From NCBI GenBank assembly GCA_020348445.1, contig CP070751.1, positions 3,843,765 to 3,907,764 on the forward strand: a stretch of DNA of 64,000 nucleotides, written 5' to 3'. This DNA is from Thermoplasmata archaeon (GTDB taxonomy: Archaea; Thermoplasmatota; Thermoplasmata; GCA-020350865). Of this stretch, positions 30,148-40,273 are shown one piece after another. Position numbers and translations under genes: made by a program. The number at the start of each line of letters is the position of its first letter. The first letter of the stretch is position 1. The notes under the pieces were generated by a model that was not told the origin of the DNA, searched no databases, and worked only from the letters and a program-made list of their open reading frames with translations.

Positions 30148-32103
30148 TCATTCTTTTTTGTCAAATCCCTCTCTTATCTTGACTGCGATTCCGCGATTGA
30201 AAGCCAGCATCTCTTCCCTGTTCATCATGAGCCTTCCAAATGCGATCAATTCGTCATTTTTATCCACCACAAGGGCCTCATCCATTGGTCTTAGCTCTTT
30301 ATCACAATCCAAAACAAATTTTGCAAAGACATTCTTACCTTCCCTGTTGAACTGTACAGAATCCTCCTCTACTACCACCCTCAAACCAGGGGCAGAAAAT
30401 CCTCTATGAAGTCGTCTTGCACCTTCTTCCTTCAATGTGAATAAGCCATCTGAGGCGCGCATGGATAACACATGTTTTCCCTCACTTATCACATTTCTTA
30501 TCTTACCTGTTCTTTTGGATTTGACTAATTCCACCTCTCCCTTAATAAGAACATCAGCAGCACCTGATCCGAACTGCATGTCAGCTACACTTTTTACCCT
30601 CTGCATATCTATATCAAATGTACCGCCTTTCCCCATCCCAGTTAAAAATTGCAATGTCTCATCACCGTCGTACATTACAGCCAACTCAAATAGACCCCTG
30701 TGTGAATGCCTTTCCATTAGCCTTCTCATCCGATCCAATGTTTCAGGCTCCAGTTCATCAGGAATTATGGATTGTGCAATTGGATACATCTCATCAAGCT
30801 CAATGGGTACAGGTCCAAAAACCGAATTCACAATAAAGTGAGCATCACAAACGTCTAAGATTTTATCAATCTCCTTTTTGTAGAACCTCGAATAGGGCCG
30901 ATTCCCTTCATCAAAGCCCACTTGAACCCTGGTTTTAGGATGCTGGTACCTATCAAAAAATCTCTTTTCATAGCGATAAACAATGGGTCTGTGCATTGAT
31001 TCGGGTCCAGTATAAAAAAACGCGCTGCTTTTGCTGATGGTCTCAAATCTTTCTAGATATTTCTTGTGGTGTCTGAGAGCTTTTAATGCCGATAAAAGAT
31101 TTGGATGGGCTCTGCATCCTTTCTCAACGTATTCCCAAAGGTTTCCCTCGTAAATTGCCTGTTTGATCCTATTGATTTCGGCAAAGGTCACATAAAGGTT
31201 GTGCATTGCAATGGCCTTATAATCCCCGTTTTTGTGCATCTCAGTTAGAATATCAACACAATGTTTACTGCAGATGGGACAAGAGCACGGCAATTCCACA
31301 ATCTCTTCAAGCTTTCTTGTTCCATCCGAAAATAACATTCTCCCATCCTTGGCAAATTTCGCATATGAGGCTGAATCAAATAAATCGCAGCCCAAGAGCA
31401 CAGCCAGACCAAGGAACATGGGATGACCTGCCCCAAATAGATGAACTGGTCTGGAAGGTAAAAGTCCCCTTTTAGAGGCGATTATTATATTCACTACCTC
31501 TTTGTATCTGTAGTCTTCCATCAGTGGGACCACACCACCAATTGGATGAATTTCACAATCTAGGCTCGATAACTCCTTTGAACAATCCAATCTGAGCTTG
31601 GGGAAATTTCCTCCTTGAACTGTGCAGGCCAGAGCCATATCGCCTTTGATTTCTGTTGCCTTTGAAGCTCTTTGTATTGTCTTTTTCATGTCCTCCTGAA
31701 CCTTTTCAATATCATCATCCACTTCTGAAAAAATGTCTAAAATGGTGCCCATGTCAGATCCGATTTTCCTTTGAAACTCCACAATCTCTTGGGGATCAAC
31801 ATCAACATCACCATATACATGGCTTTGAAAAGTGCCAGAGTCCGTCATTATTGCTCCTTGGAAATTCAGTAGGTCATGGACTCCGCTTTCCAATGCTTTT
31901 TTTTTCAATTCCTCATTCTTGTAAATGATATAGGCATTTGTAATCACCATCTTAGCCTTAAAATATTCTTTCATCTCTTGGGGTGATATTATCATCTGAT
32001 TTGGATTGATAACAGGCAAAAGCACAGGAGTTTCCACATCCCCATGTTTTGTATGAAGCAAGCCTATTCTTCCCAATCCATCCCTTGCCTTGAGCTCGAA
32101 CAT
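30148..32103 (-). CDS. tgtA: Archaeosine tRNA-guanine(15) transglycosylase with C-terminal PUA domain
   Basis: ETPVLLPV, MTDSGTFQ, HLFGAGHP, DLFDSASY, CSCPIC zinc site, PUA domain. Confidence 0.93.
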   Translation of the reverse strand: MFELKARDGLGRIGLLHTKHGDVETPVLLPVINPNQMIISPQEMKEYFKAKMVITNAYIIYKNEELKKKALESGVHDLLNFQGAIMTDSGTFQSHVYGDVDVDPQEIVEFQRKIGSDMGTILDIFSEVDDDIEKVQEDMKKTIQRASKATEIKGDMALACTVQGGNFPKLRLDCSKELSSLDCEIHPIGGVVPLMEDYRYKEVVNIIIASKRGLLPSRPVHLFGAGHPMFLGLAVLLGCDLFDSASYAKFAKDGRMLFSDGTRKLEEIVELPCSCPICSKHCVDILTEMHKNGDYKAIAMHNLYVTFAEINRIKQAIYEGNLWEYVEKGCRAHPNLLSALKALRHHKKYLERFETISKSSAFFYTGPESMHRPIVYRYEKRFFDRYQHPKTRVQVGFDEGNRPYSRFYKKEIDKILDVCDAHFIVNSVFGPVPIELDEMYPIAQSIIPDELEPETLDRMRRLMERHSHRGLFELAVMYDGDETLQFLTGMGKGGTFDIDMQRVKSVADMQFGSGAADVLIKGEVELVKSKRTGKIRNVISEGKHVLSMRASDGLFTLKEEGARRLHRGFSAPGLRVVVEEDSVQFNREGKNVFAKFVLDCDKELRPMDEALVVDKNDELIAFGRLMMNREEMLAFNRGIAVKIREGFDKKE

Positions 32104-32273
32104 GCTTTGAGAATGGAAGTGGAGGATATTATATTTGTTGTGAAGGAACTTAACTTGCTATGTACTGTTTTAAGAAATATATTTCATCATGGGGGGGCCC
32201 CTGAGAAAAGAATAATTACATATTATCACTTTGTAATCGATAAGGACAGCGTAAAATATAACATCAGTTCATA

Positions 32274-34214
32274 TCATTTCTTTATAGCAAAAAAATATAC
32301 CAATAGAAACACTACAACTATTATCACAATCACAATGAGGATGATAATCGGTGTTTCAATTCCAGATTCTTCACCCTTATCACCGCTTTCACTTGACGCA
32401 CTTGAGGTTGTGAATGTGAATGTATAATCAGAGGCGATGTTGTTTCCGGCTGCATCCCTAGCATTTGTGGATATCTTTACAGTGTAGGTGGTTTCTGGTT
32501 GCAGATTAACTGAAAGTGTAACCCGGGTTCCACCATCTCCCCATGTTCGTTTTGTAATTGAACCAGGTGATATGGATATCGCAGTCTGTGTTAGGGTCAG
32601 GTCCATGGATTCGCTGAAGGTGATTGTGATTTCTGAATCCAGTGCCACGCTATTTGCATTGCTAGCAGGATTTGTACTGGAAACAGTAGGAGGAGTTGTA
32701 TCCACCGTAGATCCTGTAGTAAAAGAGAACTCATAAGATAATTCAAGGTTCAAATCATCTGTACTTACCGCTGTCGTATCTAATGTGATTGTATACTCAG
32801 TTTCAATATCCAGGTTCTCTGAGGGGGTGAGCGTAACTGAGGTATCACCTGGACTCCAAGTGGCACCCCATACAAAATCTGGTGATATTGAAATTGCGCC
32901 CTCGGTTGCGGTCCTATTCATGGCCTCACTGAAAGTAATGGAAATTCCGGTATTTAGTGCAACATTTGTTGCATCGTCAGCAGGAGATGTTGTACTGATG
33001 ACAGGAGGTATAGGCTCGCCGCCCAGGTTTTTCCAGACTTCAAGGCCGCCTCCATTGTACCTGCCAAAAAGAAGATCTATTGCACCATCACCATTTAGAT
33101 CGCCCACATCATTACCTATATATTGGTTTCCTGTTGGTAAGTTCTCAGAATTTTCGGTCCATGCTCCTATCCCATCCCCATAGAAAATGTGGATGCCATA
33201 TGTTGATCCATAGCTTCCTCCTGTAGCAATATCGGTGTTCCCGTCGTCATTGAAATCTCCTGTTGAGACTTCTATATAATCTCCCGATGTGGGAAGTCCT
33301 GATGATATGCTTGTCCAAGATGCAGCATTGTTCTCATTCTTATACACACGCACACCCACTCCTGAGCCTACATCATATGCCGACAGAACAATATCCAATG
33401 AATCATCATTGTCAACATCCGCGGCTGCAACTCCTGAGAATCTATTTGAGGGCAATCCCGAGGAGGAGTCTGTCCAGGACATAGAGCCTCCACTTCCCCC
33501 ATCACCAAGATAAACTGATACACCTGCACCGCCACCGGCTGCAACATCCAAATTACTGTCGCCATTAAAATCTGCCAACACTGCATTGCTGTCCCGGCTC
33601 TGACTCGTGGGAAGGCCGTTGGAGTTGTCTGTGAATGTCCCTGTACCGTCCCCCGTATACACATGTATTCCATCTGAAGAACCGTATCCGCTTGTTGCGG
33701 CCAAATCGAGGTTGCCATCTTTGTTGACATCGCCTACATCCACACCTCTCCATTTACCTGATGTAGGGAGTCCCGAAGAGGCAGTAACCTCTGTGAATCC
33801 TCCGGCCCCATCACCCTTAAAAACATGAAGACCAGTTGGTGAGCCTGCGCTGTTGCCAGGGGATCCCGCAAATATGTCCAGGTTCCCGTCCTTATCATAA
33901 TCTCCCAAAGCCACGTCACCGTAACCACCGCTTGTGGCAGGATGTGATGCAACTGCTGTCCAGGATCCTGCTCCATTACCCAAAAACACACGAAGGCCAT
34001 TTCCATCCGAGGCCGCCACTATATCTAGATTATCGTCATTGTCCACATCACCAAAGGCAACACCAAAATACGTTCCAGAGGTGGGCAGGCCGGTTATTGC
34101 CTCGGCCCAAGATACAATATCCCCCTTTGCATTGGAATGAAGAAAAGTCCCAGAAACCATTGTAAAAATCATGATTATTATCATAAAAAGCACATAATGC
34201 GGTCTTTGTCTCAT
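32274..34214 (-). CDS. Secreted FG-GAP/VCBS repeat protein with two Ig-like domains and C-terminal TM anchor
   Basis: GDVDNDDNLD, GDYDKDGNLD, GDFNDDGNTD repeats; two PxVxSTxPA-xV-I-ITFSExM Ig domains. Confidence 0.85.
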   Translation of the reverse strand: MRQRPHYVLFMIIIMIFTMVSGTFLHSNAKGDIVSWAEAITGLPTSGTYFGVAFGDVDNDDNLDIVAASDGNGLRVFLGNGAGSWTAVASHPATSGGYGDVALGDYDKDGNLDIFAGSPGNSAGSPTGLHVFKGDGAGGFTEVTASSGLPTSGKWRGVDVGDVNKDGNLDLAATSGYGSSDGIHVYTGDGTGTFTDNSNGLPTSQSRDSNAVLADFNGDSNLDVAAGGGAGVSVYLGDGGSGGSMSWTDSSSGLPSNRFSGVAAADVDNDDSLDIVLSAYDVGSGVGVRVYKNENNAASWTSISSGLPTSGDYIEVSTGDFNDDGNTDIATGGSYGSTYGIHIFYGDGIGAWTENSENLPTGNQYIGNDVGDLNGDGAIDLLFGRYNGGGLEVWKNLGGEPIPPVISTTSPADDATNVALNTGISITFSEAMNRTATEGAISISPDFVWGATWSPGDTSVTLTPSENLDIETEYTITLDTTAVSTDDLNLELSYEFSFTTGSTVDTTPPTVSSTNPASNANSVALDSEITITFSESMDLTLTQTAISISPGSITKRTWGDGGTRVTLSVNLQPETTYTVKISTNARDAAGNNIASDYTFTFTTSSASSESGDKGEESGIETPIIILIVIVIIVVVFLLVYFFAIKK

Positions 34215-34388
34215 TTATATGACCCCCGTCTATTTCAAATAGCAATGATATTTTTAGAAATCCACCAGGATATAGATATGATTTTTCATAAGAATGTATT
34301 ATTTGATAATAATGTATAGAAACTCTAAACAACAAAACTGTTTTTTCTGAGTTCGAAATAACCTTTGAAATGGACAGGAATCCGCGAT

Positions 34389-35108
34389 TTAGAGCCGAAA
34401 AGTACGATCTTTTTCAGGAAGCATCATATCGATTTTCATTTGAAGTAAATCCTGATAATCCTCAGATGATATGTAGAAGTTAGGGAGGGCATCCGGATCT
34501 CTATGATAGTGCATAGGGATGCATTTACATCCAGTTCCTAGCTCTAAAAATTCTTTTTTCTTAGCTTCTTCACCCAATACTGCCCACATGGGAAACAAAA
34601 CCACATTTGGTTTTTCCATAATCATTTCTTTTGTTGCCACTGAGTCTCCCATAAAAAGTAATTTCTTGTCGCCATAATTGAATAAAAAGGATACTCCTTC
34701 AGAGGCTGCCAAACATTTGACACTTATCCTTTCTATTTCAAATACCTCATCATTTTTTATAGGAATTACCGATTCTTTGAGAGCCTCTAGCTCCGTTTGA
34801 TTTTGGGCCTCAAATGTCATTCTATGAGCCAATGAATTTGCAACAGAATATGGGCAATATACATCAGTTGTGGGGGATAGAAGTGCCATTATGGTCTCAA
34901 CATTAAAATGGTCCCAATGATCGTGGGAGATGAAAATTGCTTTAGTATTTTTCTCATTAAAAGGATCCAATGTTGTGCCCAACATTTTGTTTTTTCTAAC
35001 AGGGTCAAGAAAGAAAGATAAGTCTTTGATGTTGATTCTGAAACATGAGTGCCCAAACCACTCCAAAACCAGTTCATTTTTATTTTTTTCCTGATTCAAT
35101 ATTTTCAC
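34389..35108 (-). CDS. MBL-fold metallo-hydrolase
   Basis: WFGHSCF, ISHDHWDH, FMGDS, PMHY. Confidence 0.85.
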   Translation of the reverse strand: MKILNQEKNKNELVLEWFGHSCFRINIKDLSFFLDPVRKNKMLGTTLDPFNEKNTKAIFISHDHWDHFNVETIMALLSPTTDVYCPYSVANSLAHRMTFEAQNQTELEALKESVIPIKNDEVFEIERISVKCLAASEGVSFLFNYGDKKLLFMGDSVATKEMIMEKPNVVLFPMWAVLGEEAKKKEFLELGTGCKCIPMHYHRDPDALPNFYISSEDYQDLLQMKIDMMLPEKDRTFRL

Positions 35109-35273
35109 ACCCGAAGAAGAGGGATACTTTTTTCGTATTAAATCCTATCCCTTAGATATGGATTTGCATCTTTTTTTAATGTCCTCTTTATTGTTGGGCA
35201 CTATTATCAGAATGCTTGTTTTTTTAAGTAATTATTATATACCTGCGCCAGAATCTTCCTTTTGGCTGTTATT

Positions 35274-35486
35274 ATGAAAGAAAAGGTTTGCTGGACCTTG
35301 TCAGGACGCAAGAAGGTTTTTCTCGTGGACGATAATAATCAGGTCATTAAGGAATTGCGTGATTTGGGGCCGCTTTCCAAAATGGAGATGAAGTGGGTAA
35401 AATCCAATTCCGGAATGCCATACGAGCAGTGGCTCAAAACTCAAAAGGAAATACCTGAGGAACAAGCTGAAGAAGAGGCTAATTAA
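35274..35486 (+). CDS. Small hypothetical protein
   Basis: TATA (TATTATATAC) about 35 nt upstream of ATG 35274; isolated ORF. Confidence 0.55.
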   Translation: MKEKVCWTLSGRKKVFLVDDNNQVIKELRDLGPLSKMEMKWVKSNSGMPYEQWLKTQKEIPEEQAEEEAN

Positions 35487-35507
35487 ATATGGCTTGGAAT
35501 TGATATA

Positions 35508-36743
35508 TCATTTTTCTGCCACGAGCTTTGATATCTCTATAATCACTTCCACAGCTTTTTCCATGGATGGAATTGGTATAAATTCTTTTTTACCGTGAAA
35601 GTTCAACCCCCCAGCAAAGATGTTGGGTGTGGGAAGGCCCATAAAACACAATCTGGCCCCATCGGTCCCACCTCTGATGTTTTTTAGTTTTGGTTCGATA
35701 CCCGCCCTCTTTACGGCCTCAAGGGCTGTTTCTAAGACATGAGGATGTTTATCCAATACGACCTTCATATTCTTGTACGATTCCTTGATATTCACCTCGA
35801 TTTCTATATCAGGATATTTTTCAGCCGCCTTTTTCTTGATATCAGAAAGCATTTGCTTTTTTTCCACCATCCCTTGATCCTTGAAATCACGGATTAGAAT
35901 CTTAATTTTCGTCTTCTCCACCTCGCCAGAAAAACTATTTGGGTGAAGGTATCCCTCCCATCCCTCTGTTGTCTCCGGAGCCATATCCTTGGGCAATAGG
36001 GTTATAAAATATCCAGCGGCTCTTAAAGAGTTTTTCATTTTATTCTTTGCATAGCCTGGATGTACGTTATAGCCCTTTACGATCACAGTGGCAGTGGCTG
36101 CATTGAAGGTCTCGTTTTCAACCTCCCCGATCTCACCTCCATCTATTGTATAAGCAAAATCACAGGCGAACTTATCAACATCAAAGAATTCTGTTCCTTT
36201 GCCCACCTCCTCATCTGGAGTGAAAGCCACCCGGATTTTTCCATGTTTGATTGATGGATCATTTACCATTTTTTCCAACGCAGTCATGATCTCGGCCACG
36301 CCTGCCTTGTCATCGGCACCCAGAAGGGATTCCCCATTGGAAGTGATGATATCCTGTCCAATGTAATCCTTTAGTTCAGGGTTCTCATTTGGAGATATTA
36401 TCACATTCCCCCCAGGAAGCTTTATTTCCTGGCCATCATAATCCTTCCATATCTTTGGATCTGTTGCACCAGAAACGTCTGGAGATGTATCCATGTGAGC
36501 CATGAAACCCACGGTGGGTTTATCCTCGTATCCAGGACTGGCAGAAAGAGTTGCCATGACATAGCAATGCTCATCTACTTGTACATCCTCAAGGCCAATT
36601 GCTTTTAATTCATCTGCCAATAACCTTGCAAGGTCGAGCTGCTTCTTTGTGGATGGAACATCATCCTTCTCGTACTGAGATTGTGTATCGATTTTAACGT
36701 ATCTCAGAAACCTATCAACTACCGATTTTGCCATTGATATCAC
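35508..36743 (-). CDS. pepT: Peptidase T (tripeptide aminopeptidase, M20B)
   Basis: AHMDTS, LLGADDKAG, FTPDEEVG, YTIDGG, HPGYAK, IRGGTDGA. Confidence 0.95.
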   Translation of the reverse strand: MISMAKSVVDRFLRYVKIDTQSQYEKDDVPSTKKQLDLARLLADELKAIGLEDVQVDEHCYVMATLSASPGYEDKPTVGFMAHMDTSPDVSGATDPKIWKDYDGQEIKLPGGNVIISPNENPELKDYIGQDIITSNGESLLGADDKAGVAEIMTALEKMVNDPSIKHGKIRVAFTPDEEVGKGTEFFDVDKFACDFAYTIDGGEIGEVENETFNAATATVIVKGYNVHPGYAKNKMKNSLRAAGYFITLLPKDMAPETTEGWEGYLHPNSFSGEVEKTKIKILIRDFKDQGMVEKKQMLSDIKKKAAEKYPDIEIEVNIKESYKNMKVVLDKHPHVLETALEAVKRAGIEPKLKNIRGGTDGARLCFMGLPTPNIFAGGLNFHGKKEFIPIPSMEKAVEVIIEISKLVAEK

Positions 36744-36807
36744 CGTTCATTTTGTGCTGTGGGTAAAACATGGTTTTGTCTTTTATAATTTACCTTGTCA
36801 TTTTGTA

Positions 36808-36838
36808 AAAAAAAATAAAAGGGAAACTCCCCTCCCTT
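36808..36838 (-). terminator. Hairpin plus T-run downstream of small basic protein gene
   Basis: Minus strand GGGA-GGGGAGTT-TCCC-TTTTATTTTTTTT. Confidence 0.4.
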
Positions 36839-36977
36839 AATATTGAATTTTCCTACGAGCAGACATTCTCTTCCACAGACGATATCCATGGATAATAGTC
36901 TGGGGCCTGAAATCATAGGCCCCGTGGACGTTTTATGTTTGCTTTTAAGAAAATGGCCCAATTAGATTGTATATTGT

Positions 36978-37193
36978 TTATTTCCTGGCCATCTTCGCTT
37001 CAGCTACATATCCAGCTTTGTCCAGGTAGTACATGTAGCCTTTCTTCTTCTTGACTTTCTCGGTTCCGACTTTCTTCTTTCTGCCGCGCTTATTTGATTT
37101 CATTGGTGCGCGCCAAACATACCCATCTTTACCTATGTAATATAAGTAACCGGGTTCACGCTTGACTTTTTCTTTACCTATTCGCTTTCCCAT
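36978..37193 (-). CDS. Small highly basic protein with two internal repeats
   Basis: AAGGAGG RBS; IGKEKVKREPGYLYYIGKDGYV / VGTEKVKKKKGYMYYLDKAGYV repeat. Confidence 0.8.
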   Translation of the reverse strand: MGKRIGKEKVKREPGYLYYIGKDGYVWRAPMKSNKRGRKKKVGTEKVKKKKGYMYYLDKAGYVAEAKMARK

Positions 37194-37384
37194 TGGAAAA
37201 CCTCCTTAATATACACCCCATAACGCGTTCGGGGTATATTAACTTTTTACCGACGGTGAAATAGAGGGAAACCATAAGAAAAGCCGCGATTCACCCACTT
37301 AGAGCCACTTTTTACCTTAATTCATCGGTAGAAAATCAATTCTTCGAACCGTAAGTTTTTTCCCGTAAGAAATGGATATATGAA

Positions 37385-37552
37385 ATGATGTATACCTGCT
37401 ATGACTGCGACCATTTCGGCACAGACTGCGAGGGAATAATTCCACCTGATAAATACAGAAATAATGTTGAGAGTTATTGTAAAAAATTCGTTATCGTCAG
37501 TTGGAGAAGGGATATGTTCAAAGACGGAGGAACCGGAAGATTAAGTAAGTAA
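37385..37552 (+). CDS. 55-aa Cys-rich small protein (below ORF-track cutoff)
   Basis: Translated by hand: MMYTCYDCDHFGTDCEGIIPPDKYRNNVESYCKKFVIVSWRRDMFKDGGTGRLSK. Confidence 0.55.
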   Translation: MMYTCYDCDHFGTDCEGIIPPDKYRNNVESYCKKFVIVSWRRDMFKDGGTGRLSK

Positions 37553-37563
37553 ACATCGACAAT

Positions 37564-38118
37564 TCAATAAAGTATATCCTCGATAGGCAGGTGTTTTTTG
37601 ATATAGCCTTGGAACCTGTGAAGGTTCTCCTGGTCGATCTTACCAATGATTTTTATGGTGATAGGAGGTTTTTTTCGAAGATGTACCTTTTTTATCTCGA
37701 TTTTAGCACTACAGTTTCCTTTATGTTCAGCCGAAATCTTCACCAATCCAAATAATGCGCCTTCGAATTCCTCATCATTTAGAAGATTCATTATATCCTT
37801 GAAAGCTCTTTTTTCTGAGTCTAAATCGTAAATCACTTCGCGATCAGCAGAGATTCTTGTAATTCTTTTGAATTTGGCGTGATGAAGAGCCCTCAGTAGC
37901 GTTTCTGCAACGATAACCGGATTGAAATCCTCCTCTATTTTACCCCCTGAGAGCTTTGTAAAGATACTACCTTTCACAGTTTTTTTCTTGACCTTCATAT
38001 CAATGTTCAAAACAATATTTTCTAATTTCTTAGGTTTCTGTCTTCTGCCCTTATCCTTCCTTTTCCCCTTGCCAGCCACCGATACCTGCCATTCATAAGA
38101 AGCGCGAGGATCTCCCAT
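37564..38118 (-). CDS. Hypothetical basic protein
   Basis: Long ORF; GAGGTG RBS before ATG 38118. Confidence 0.6.
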   Translation of the reverse strand: MGDPRASYEWQVSVAGKGKRKDKGRRQKPKKLENIVLNIDMKVKKKTVKGSIFTKLSGGKIEEDFNPVIVAETLLRALHHAKFKRITRISADREVIYDLDSEKRAFKDIMNLLNDEEFEGALFGLVKISAEHKGNCSAKIEIKKVHLRKKPPITIKIIGKIDQENLHRFQGYIKKHLPIEDILY

Positions 38119-38368
38119 TACCCAAGGCACCTCTGGTAGGGATTTATTACGTGAAGACAGAGCAGAGCGACATATCATCAAACAAAAGAGGGAATTGGAT
38201 TATTTAATCTTTCTTGATAAAATGATAAAACGAGATGAATGCATGATAATATCTGAAAACGACGAGAACCATCAAATATACGATGAGATGCGGCTACATA
38301 TTCTCAGCAAATGACGATAATTTTTATATATCCATAATTGTATGCCCCGCAATACAGGGGAGGTAATA

Positions 38369-40087
38369 ATGAAATCAGACCTTGAAATAGCACAAGAAGC
38401 TAAGCTAAAACCAATTGTAGAAATCGCAAAATCCATAGGACTTGAAGAGGACGATATTGAATTCTACGGCAAGTACAAGGCGAAAATCAAACTGGAAGTT
38501 ATGGAAAAGTTTAAGGACAGACCAGACGGCAAACTCATTGATGTGACAGCGATTACACCAACGCCCCTCGGAGAAGGGAAGACCGTCACACTGATTGGCG
38601 TCTCAATGGCTCTTGCGAAACTAGGCAAGAAGGTAATAACGACCATCCGAGAACCTTCAATGGGTCCCACATTTGGCATAAAAGGAGGGGCAGCAGGTGG
38701 AGGATACTCTCAGGTCGTACCGATGGAGGACATAAACCTCCACTTCACTGGAGACATCCACGCTGTTGGAGCAGCGAACAACCTTCTTGCATCAATGATA
38801 GATAATCAGATGTTCCACCCGACTTTCAAAAGGAAGAATCCGCTGAATATCGATGCGTCCACAATTTCATGGAACAGGGTGGTAGACCTGAATGATTCGG
38901 CTCTGACCAATATCAACGTTGGCAAGGTATCCAAACACCAACCTGAAGGTTATCCCAGAGATTCAGGCTACGACATAACAGTGGCATCCGAAATCATGGC
39001 CATCCTTGCGCTGGCATCGGATTTGAAGGACCTCAGAAAGCGCCTTGGAAGAATCGTCGTAGCACAGACAAAGGATGGAAAACCTGTAACAGCTGAGGAC
39101 TTGAAAGCCGCTGGTGCAATGACCGTAATCCTGAAAGATGCCCTGAAACCCAATCTCATCCAAACGTTGGAAAACACACCAGCAATAATGCACTGCGGCC
39201 CTTTTGCAAACATCGCTCAGGGGAACAACTCAATCATAGCTGACAAGATGGCCCTAAAGCTCGCTGATTACGTTGTGACAGAGAGCGGTTTTGGAGCTGA
39301 CTGCGGTGCAGAGAAGTTCTTGAATATCAAATGTCGAGTTGCTGGCTACGAGCCCAACTGCGTGATTTTGGTCGCAACCATCAGAGCCCTGAAGCTGCAC
39401 GGTGGTGCCTTTGAGTTCCCACCAGGTAAAACCCCACCCAAGGAGGTTCTTCAGGCGGAGAATGTAGAAGCTGTAGAAAAGGGATGCGAGAACTTGGCAA
39501 AGCACATAGAAAATATGAAGAAATTCGGTGTTCCGGTTGTGGTGGCAATTAACAAGTTTGCCTCGGATACAGACGCTGAGGTAGAAGCGGTAAGAAAGAA
39601 AGCCTTGGAGGCGGGTGCAGATTCTGCGGTACCTGGCGATTTCCATGCACGAGGCGGTGATGGCGCAATTGAGATCGCAAAGGCCGTAGTTGAGGCATGT
39701 GAAAAGCCCAGCGAGTTCAAGCTGCTCTATCCGGATGACATGCCCATTGCAGAAAAGATAGAGACCATCGCAAAGGAAATTTACGGCGCCGATGGCGTGG
39801 AGTTCTCAGAAGAAGCGAAGAAAAAGATAAAGATGTTCACAGAATTCGGGTATGACAAGCTGCCCCTCTGTATGGCAAAAACACATCTTTCCATTTCGCA
39901 CGACCCCGCTCTGAAAGGACGGCCCACAGGATTCACACTGCCCATCAGAGATATAAGACCCTCCATTGGGGCTGGTTTCCTCTATCCTCTCTGCGGTGCG
40001 ATGAGAACCATGCCAGGGTTACCATCAGTACCTGCAGCTGAGGCGGTGGACATCGACGAAACAGGTAAGACAGTTGGATTGTTCTAA
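38369..40087 (+). CDS. fhs: Formate--tetrahydrofolate ligase
   Basis: TPTPLGEGKT, REPSMGPTFGIKGGAAGGGYSQV, GPFANIAQG, VTESGFGAD, MAKTHLS, MPGLP; GGAGGT RBS. Confidence 0.96.
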   Translation: MKSDLEIAQEAKLKPIVEIAKSIGLEEDDIEFYGKYKAKIKLEVMEKFKDRPDGKLIDVTAITPTPLGEGKTVTLIGVSMALAKLGKKVITTIREPSMGPTFGIKGGAAGGGYSQVVPMEDINLHFTGDIHAVGAANNLLASMIDNQMFHPTFKRKNPLNIDASTISWNRVVDLNDSALTNINVGKVSKHQPEGYPRDSGYDITVASEIMAILALASDLKDLRKRLGRIVVAQTKDGKPVTAEDLKAAGAMTVILKDALKPNLIQTLENTPAIMHCGPFANIAQGNNSIIADKMALKLADYVVTESGFGADCGAEKFLNIKCRVAGYEPNCVILVATIRALKLHGGAFEFPPGKTPPKEVLQAENVEAVEKGCENLAKHIENMKKFGVPVVVAINKFASDTDAEVEAVRKKALEAGADSAVPGDFHARGGDGAIEIAKAVVEACEKPSEFKLLYPDDMPIAEKIETIAKEIYGADGVEFSEEAKKKIKMFTEFGYDKLPLCMAKTHLSISHDPALKGRPTGFTLPIRDIRPSIGAGFLYPLCGAMRTMPGLPSVPAAEAVDIDETGKTVGLF

Positions 40088-40107
40088 GGGATATTTCAAA
40101 GGAATCT

Positions 40108-40172
40108 ATGGGTCCCCGCAATTCATAACTTGTGTCTTATGGGGGCCATTTCTTTTCTTTATTTTTATTTTT
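40108..40172 (+). terminator. Hairpin plus long T-rich tract after fhs
   Basis: ATGGGTCCCC...GGGGGCCAT followed by TTCTTTTCTTTATTTTTATTTTTT. Confidence 0.55.
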
Positions 40173-40273
40173 TAACTGAAAAACCAAAAAAATACAGTGA
40201 TTTATAGAAATTTTTAAGCCTTCCTTACACAATAGGGTAAGTAAGAGAATATTTCCTATCTGGGAGGAGAACT

